From an uncultured Chthonomonadaceae bacterium (GTDB taxonomy: Bacteria; Armatimonadota; Chthonomonadetes; Chthonomonadales; Chthonomonadaceae), in assembly GCA_963835065.1 (NCBI GenBank), contig CAWIEK010000063.1, forward strand, positions 64,001-128,000: DNA of 64,000 nucleotides, read 5' to 3'. Shown one piece after another: positions 63,149-64,000 of this stretch. The notes beneath the pieces were generated by a model. That model did no database searches, had not been told where the DNA came from, and saw only the letters and a list, made by a program, of their open reading frames with translations. The position numbers were made by a program, and so were the translations under genes. Each line of letters starts with the position of its first letter. The first letter of the stretch is position 1.

Positions 63149-63395
63149 TTAATCCAGCATTGGCTCTGTCGGCGCAAGCAGGATGTTCAAATGCTTGTCT
63201 TCCTGAATGGCAGTCTCTATTTCGGCCAACGTATCGTACAATTCAAACGTTTTTTTCCGGCCAGGCGCTCGGACGAACGGGAACCTGCCACCAGTGATCT
63301 ATCTTGATAACTTCCGCTTCAACCACTTCCAGCGTCAGTCCGCTCGGATGCTGATCGCGCAGATACTCCCATACCGTTGGGAACGCGCGTTCAGT
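63149..63395 (-). pseudogene. Start-less, frameshifted paralog of 63397..63675
   Basis: VWEYLRDQHPSGLTLEVVE...WWQVPVRPSAWPEK / FELYDTLAEIE...HLNILL aligns with the upstream ORF. Confidence 0.75.
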
Positions 63396-63396
63396 A

Positions 63397-63675
63397 TCAC
63401 GCCGCCTGCGCTGTTAAATCCGTTTTCGCCGGGCTTGTCACGAGATAGACCTTCAAATTTTCCTCATCCGCCAGCGCAATCATTGCGTCTGCCAGCGCTT
63501 CATAATACTCAAAAAGGCGCTCAGGCTCGAAATCCGGCTGCACGGTGACGTTCCATGCAAACTCATCATGCCATATCTGGTCTTCCAGCACTGCCAGCGT
63601 TGCGCCGCCGGGACGAGCATCTTTTAGATAATGCCGCACCCGTTCCGCGATGAAATGCTTATCGTGTTCCGCCAT
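63397..63675 (-). CDS. Small acidic partner of the HEPN protein (candidate antitoxin)
   Basis: Overlaps the HEPN 3' end; 92 aa. Confidence 0.65.
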   Translation of the reverse strand: MAEHDKHFIAERVRHYLKDARPGGATLAVLEDQIWHDEFAWNVTVQPDFEPERLFEYYEALADAMIALADEENLKVYLVTSPAKTDLTAQAA

Positions 63676-64000
63676 GTCTCTCCTCCAGAATTCTGATCAC
63701 GCTTTGCGCAAGTACCACCGATTCTAATGCCAGCCGCCTGTCTATGGATACCTGCGGGCGGTAGTCTGCGTTCTCTCTTGATGGCCGCAGGATAAGAAGC
63801 GCTTTTCGCAACTCGTGCTTTGCTTTGCGCGGAAGGTTGATATTGTTCATGACGAGTTCGGGGAGTTGTTCGTGCGCGGGATTGTTCCAGCCATGCGCAA
63901 AACTCACACCTTTTGCCACCAACTCCGCCGTAACCGCTGAATACGCCGCATAATACGAACTGCTGATGCTGCGCCGAAACAACCCTTCCTCCAACAGTTT
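63659..64000 (-). CDS. HEPN-domain protein (5' end outside the window)
   Basis: SISSSYYAAY, H..L and RENADY (Rx4Y-type) motifs. Confidence 0.8.
   Translation of the reverse strand, partial: KLLEEGLFRRSISSSYYAAYSAVTAELVAKGVSFAHGWNNPAHEQLPELVMNNINLPRKAKHELRKALLILRPSRENADYRPQVSIDRRLALESVVLAQSVIRILEERHGGTR

Overview
GC-rich bacterial chromosomal window, tentatively Armatimonadota-like judging from gene content. It has a housekeeping backbone (leuS, hemL, sahR/ahcY, nucleoside ABC transporter, tRNA-Gln, UDG, Lpt-like pair, UvrD-type helicase, RND pump, glycogen debranching enzyme, mug, pgm) interleaved with small accessory patches and gene remnants (cas10, S8 protease, IS3 end, xisH, HEPN copies). 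Five signals stand out. (1) A pervasive family of 7-bp (also 8- and 9-bp) tandem-repeat elements, usually a G-rich arm followed by a C-rich arm, lies between genes and in frame inside at least ten proteins, including LeuRS and UvrD. (2) Three integrase-free insertions are each bounded by a second copy of part of the adjacent gene (ahcY, a kinase, the RND pump), and those copies differ mainly at synonymous positions. (3) An unannotated Leu-rich leader-peptide attenuator precedes leuS. (4) Candidate defence loci include an AvcD-like dCTP deaminase near mug, an ATPase plus NB-ARC/TPR pair, and a HEPN cassette. (5) A structured RNA leader precedes a tiny hydrophobic peptide. Many genes, including essential leuS, carry single frameshifts, so indel errors in the assembly are likely and pseudogene calls are provisional. 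All family assignments come from motif recognition by eye; no searches were run.
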